In this document: piece by piece, positions 59,419 to 64,000 of the stretch | Position numbering within the stretch: the stretch's first letter is position 1 | Layout: every line of letters starts with the position of its first letter | Assembly (NCBI RefSeq): GCF_000143415.4 | Contig: NW_003314378.1 | Location: 136,110 to 200,109 of the forward strand | Length of the DNA stretch: 64,000 bases | Direction: 5' to 3' | Source of the DNA: Selaginella moellendorffii | Taxonomy: Eukaryota; Plantae; Lycopodiophyta | Notes under the pieces: model-generated | Seen by the model: only the letters and a program-made list of their open reading frames with translations | Databases searched by the model: none | What the model was told of the DNA's origin: nothing | Made by a program: the position numbers and the translations under genes

Positions 59419-59881
59419 AACCACAGACAGGAAATTTTGCTTTAGATCCAGGAAACTAGAGCTGGGGGCCTGCTGGAATTGTATACATAAGTCCAAAGGT
59501 ACGGCCTTTCGTTTAGTTTCGGTTCTGAGTGACTTGTGTTTTGCTCCAGGCTTCAGTTTCTCTACTGTACAGAGCGGAACTGAACTGACTGTTGCAAGCA
59601 AGTTGCTGCTGGTCGTGATTAAAAAACAAAGAAAAGAAAAAAAGAACTACTTTTTTTTATCGCTTTGGAGTTGAATGGACGTGAGTTTCTGCATTGCATT
59701 TCTTCTCTTTCTAGGTAGTTAGTTTGGATTTCTAGGATATTCTCGTGTCGAGAAATCCATATCTTACAGATCTCGTCATCATAGACCGAAGCTGACAAAA
59801 GACAAGGGGACATATTCCAGATTCTCAGCCTGTATGTAAAAAAGACTGGTTTCTTCGGTGTTCTTGAAACAGCAGCAAGAA

Positions 59882-62106
59882 ATGGCAACCACAGTTCTAA
59901 GTGTGAGCGTTCCAGCGAAGAATGATTTCCAGCATCCTGTCGAAGATCAGCAACCAGAACTGGAGTACTGCGTCAATGACAGTCCTCCGTGGGGTTATGA
60001 ATTTTGCATTTCATTTGGTTCTTGTTCCTGCTGACAGTAGTTTTATCTTCTTTTTCTAGTCGAAACATCGTTTCTGGCTTTCCAACACTACCTCACGATG
60101 CTCGGAACGACTGTAGTAATTCCAAGCATCATGGTCGACGCAATCGGAGGCGACGATGTAAGTGGAGCATTTTTTTTCTTAAGGCTGACACGCTGCACTG
60201 TTTTGTTTCTTTTTTCTCCAGCGACACAGGACTCTAGTTATTCAAGCGTTGCTCTTCGTCAGCGGCCTGACTACGCTCGGTCAGACTTTCTTTGGGACGA
60301 GGCTCCCGGCAGTGATTGGAGGATCCTACGCCTTTATGATTCCGACGCTGACAATTATCAATTCCCCGAAACTGCTTAGCATCTATGATTCCGAGGAGGT
60401 ACTTTGCGTTTGTTTCTTTCTTTGGTGATTGGATTTGAATGTTTACGTTGTAGAGATTTCTTCAAACCATACGTGCAATTCAAGGTGCTCTTATTTGCGC
60501 TTCCAGCATTCAAATAGCTCTGGGATTTAGTGGCGTGTGGGGTGTATTTTCAAGGTCAGTTTTGAAAGATTTTCTTCTTTCATTTGTTGTAACGAACTCG
60601 ACCAGGTTTATGTGCCCCATGACAATAGCTCCTGTTATTATGATGACTGGTCTAGGAATTTACGAGTATGGATTTCCCGGGGTTGGAAAATGCGTGCAAA
60701 TTGGACTTCCTCAGCTGGCATTGATACTCATGCTTTCACAAGTATGTTATCAACTTTTATTTTCTCACCTCACAATGCGTTTGCTCCACAGTACTTGAAA
60801 TCGGTGAAGCTGCGGCCTCAAGGAATACCAGTGTTTGAGCGTTTTCCGATTATCTTTTCTATGGCCTTAATCTGGGCCTACGCGCAAGTTCTTACACTGA
60901 GTGGAGCTTATCGACATTCAAGCCCCTTGGGGCAGATGCACTGTCGAACGGACCGTGCTAATCTCATCAGCTCAGCTCCATGGTAAATCGTTTTGAACGT
61001 TCTTAGACACCTTACAGCTTTAAACATATAATGCAGGGTCAGGGTTCCGTATCCTTTGCAATGGGGAACTCCAACGTTCAGTGCAAGTCATGTGTTCGGG
61101 ATGATGGCCGCGGTGCTTGTTTCTCTTGTTGAGGTGAGGAGTATTTTGGTTTTTATTCACGAGAAGAACTTCGTACGTTCTTCACGCAGTCTACGGGAAC
61201 TTTTTATGGTCTATCGAGACTTTCGGGGGCGACGCCTCCACCGTCTCATGTTTTGAGCCGTGGAATAGGCTGGCAGGTTCGTGTCACTCAATCTTTTGTT
61301 CTCTGATGAAGGTTGACCGTTCTATCAATATGAAGGGAATTGGGATCATGCTCTGTGGCATGTTCGGGACCGCAACTGGTTGTACAGCTTTAGTGTGAGT
61401 TTGAACCTTTTTTGTTATCAAATCTGCAGTTTTTCACTTCTGTGGTTTTGTAGGGAAAATGCAGGTTTGATTGGCCTAACAAGGGTTGGAAGCCGAAGAA
61501 TAGTTCAACTATCAGCTATCTTGATGATCTTCTTCTCGGTTTTCGGTGAGCTGCAGAAACCAATCAAAAAAACATAACGTATTCTCTCTTGTTTTTCAGG
61601 TAAATTTGGTGCCATCCTTGCTTCAATCCCCGTACCACTGTTTGCAGCGGTCTATTGCATTCTGGCCGGGGTGTTAGCTTCGACCGGTTTCACCTTTCTC
61701 CAATTTGCAAACTTAAGCTCCCGGAGGAATCTCTTCATATTGGGATTCTCGCTGTTCCTGGGACTGTCAGTTCCGCAGTACTTTCGAGAGTTCGCCGATT
61801 CCGCAGGCCACGGTCCCGTGCACAGTGGAGCCAACTGGGTACGATAAAAAACTCACCTTTCCTCACCAAAATCTCTACCTCTCTTTGCAGTTTGACGATG
61901 CTCTCAACGTTACGTTCTCCTCCAACGCCGCAGTAACTCTCATGGTGGCGGTTCTCCTCGACAACACGCTCGACATTGGAGCGCCAAACGCAAAGAACCG
62001 CGGCCTGAATTGGTGGAGCAAGTTCTACAACTTTGGGGACGACGTGAGGAGCGAAGAGTTTTACAAGCTGCCACTAAACCTCAACGATTACTTCCCGCAA
62101 GCTTGA
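59882..62106 (+). CDS. Nucleobase-ascorbate transporter (NAT/NCS2 family), multi-exon
   Basis: EDQQPELEYCVNDSPPW, AFQHYLTMLGTTVVIP, GTRLPAVIGGSYAF, NAT signature ENAGLIGLTRVGSRR, RSEEFYKLPLNLN. Confidence 0.95.
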
Positions 62107-62476
62107 GAAAAAAATCCAGGCAAGAACATTGGTATACTATATTCTTTTCAAGGACGCTGCTGGCTTTCTTTGCGAGGACTAAACTTTTCCTGTGCAGGGA
62201 CGTGGCAACCACTGGTGTGCCTATAATGATAAAGGCGCGACTTTGGTTGGATTCCCGCCACGTAGCCGACGAATATGCCCCTCCATGGAAGCCAGGTGCT
62301 TCCTCTTCGTCGCCCAAGAACTAAAGAGATCTGTGTGTGCTGCAGTTAGAGGATAGGGTTAGGGTTTGCGATGCGCCTTCCAGTGGATGGAGAATTCCCG
62401 GAAGCCGATGTCTAGAATGAGGTATAATACCGATCTCTTCTTTCTACCAAGCTGGTCGTCTCTGCCCACTGTGAGC

Positions 62477-64000
62477 ATGGGAATGCTAGCTCGTCTCTTT
62501 TATGTTCTTCTTCTCTTCCTCTTTTCTCGCATTGGAGGGGCGGAGCTTCCTGTTGTATCCAGGATTGCTTTTGGTTCGTGTGCTCATCAGGACGTTCCTC
62601 AGGTAAAAAAAAACATTTTTTTTGTGTGTGTGTGTCTGTTTACTGATCCATATTCTTTTGTTTTTTGTTTTCCAGCCGATATGGTCGGCTGTGCTGGATT
62701 TCAAGCCGGAGGTGTTTATCTGGCTTGGAGACAACATTTACGCGGATAACAAGCGGCCGACTCGGGTGTTTGGAAAGGAACGCACTGCTGGGCCTTGGAA
62801 GAACATCCCCCGCTTCTCTCCTGTGTCGCTTGAAGAAATGGCGGAGAAGTATCGGAAAGGGAAGAGCGTTCCCGAGTACAAGAGATTGAGAGCAACTACA
62901 CAGGTTGGTTCGTCAATTTCTGGCTTGTTTATAGCACATTGCTCTTGGACAGATTATAGGAACTTGGGATGACCATGATTATGGCCTCAATGACGCTGGA
63001 AAGGAGTTTGAAGGCAAGAGGGAGAGCCAAAAGTTAATGCTGGAGAATTTGGACGAGCCTTTGGACAGCCCCAGGTAGGCAAGCGCGTAATTTTTCTATT
63101 ATTCATCTGCTTTTCGCTTTGTCTAGATGGTCCCAGGAGGGGGTCTATACGTCTTACTCTTATGGTCCTTTAGGAAAGAGAATTAAGGTATGATCGAAGC
63201 TTCGTTATCGTTTTGAGCTCCTGAAAGTAGCATTTACAAGCAGGTTATTCTTCTAGATACAAGGTACCACAGAGATCCGATTTTCAGCGACGGGACGGTG
63301 CTGGGAGAAAAGCAGTGGACGTTTCTGGAGAAAGAACTGACCGAGACCGATGCGCAAATCAATATCATAGCTTCGTCCATTCAAGTGAGTATCTTCTGCT
63401 ATTATCATGCTACATACGTGGGATTGATCTGGTTGCGCTTGTAAAGGTGTTGGGCAACTTTTCTTCGACTGTGCGACCTTTCTTTCACGTGGAAGCATGG
63501 TCGCATTTTCCAAAAGAGCAAGAACGACTTTTTGATGTAATTGCACGCTCGAATGTAAGTCTGGATGCTGAGGCTTTGGGATTTTGACATCCAGCTCTCT
63601 CCATGCACAGGCAAGTGGTGTTGTCTTTATCAGTGGGGATGTGCACTTTGGGGAAATCACTAGGTACGACTGTGGTATCAGCTACCCGCTTTATGATGTG
63701 ACATCGAGTGGCCTTACACAGGCAGTGGAGCAGTCTAAGCTTGCTCCGCTAGCAAGGTTCTCTGCCTGGCTAATGCCAACTAGTATGAGAGTATACAACC
63801 AATGGTGCCGATACAGCTCTTGCGTTTATGGTTCGTATCAGTCTCTCTTCTCTTCTACTCATGTCTTGAGAATTTTGCAAACCTTCGTCACTCCAGGCAA
63901 ACAAAACTTCGGAACTTTCCTCATCGACTGGACCGCGGACAATGTCAAAATTATCGCGGAGATCAGAGACGTGTTTGGACGGCCTGCGCTCAAGGAGATC
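62477..64000 (+). CDS. PhoD-like alkaline phosphatase family protein, truncated by the window end
   Basis: Signal peptide; RIAFGSC, FIWLGDNIYAD, GTWDDHDYGLNDAG, LLDTRYHRD, ISGDVHFGEI, DVTSSGLT, NFG. Confidence 0.92.

Overview
This is eukaryotic nuclear DNA from a very gene-dense land plant, most consistent with a lycophyte such as Selaginella. That is an inference from the ~50-70 nt introns, many PLS-class PPR genes, a SAUR gene, a plastid peptidoglycan gene (MurF) and a motile-cilium gene (MYCBPAP). The window has two parts. (1) ~1-21,400 is a decayed zone: pseudogenes (malectin receptor kinase, two PPRs, plastid IF-2, SET-domain fragment, CSP41a and heparanase scraps), a Ty3/gypsy integrase fragment, a ~1.66-kb imperfect palindrome, minisatellites, and two short LTRs carrying 5S rRNA promoter sequence (Cassandra-like TRIM). 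(2) ~21,700-64,000 is a tightly packed run of ~19 apparently intact genes plus an initiator tRNA-Met: CSP41a, an orphan ORF, PLS-E PPR, DXO1, heparanase/GH79, TLC protein, RraA-like, HOTHEAD-like GMC oxidoreductase, MurF, AP-4 beta, SAUR, YjbQ/UPF0047, PANK2, RLP4-like, SKIP17-like F-box, MYCBPAP, P-class PPR, NAT transporter and a PhoD-like phosphatase. The most notable element is a plant-type TPP riboswitch aptamer at 24602-24706. It has no recognisable THIC or THI1 host, carries substitutions at two ligand-contact positions, follows an unknown ORF, and lies between two copies of a tRNA-like repeat. All calls were made by eye; exon boundaries and family assignments are unverified by database search.
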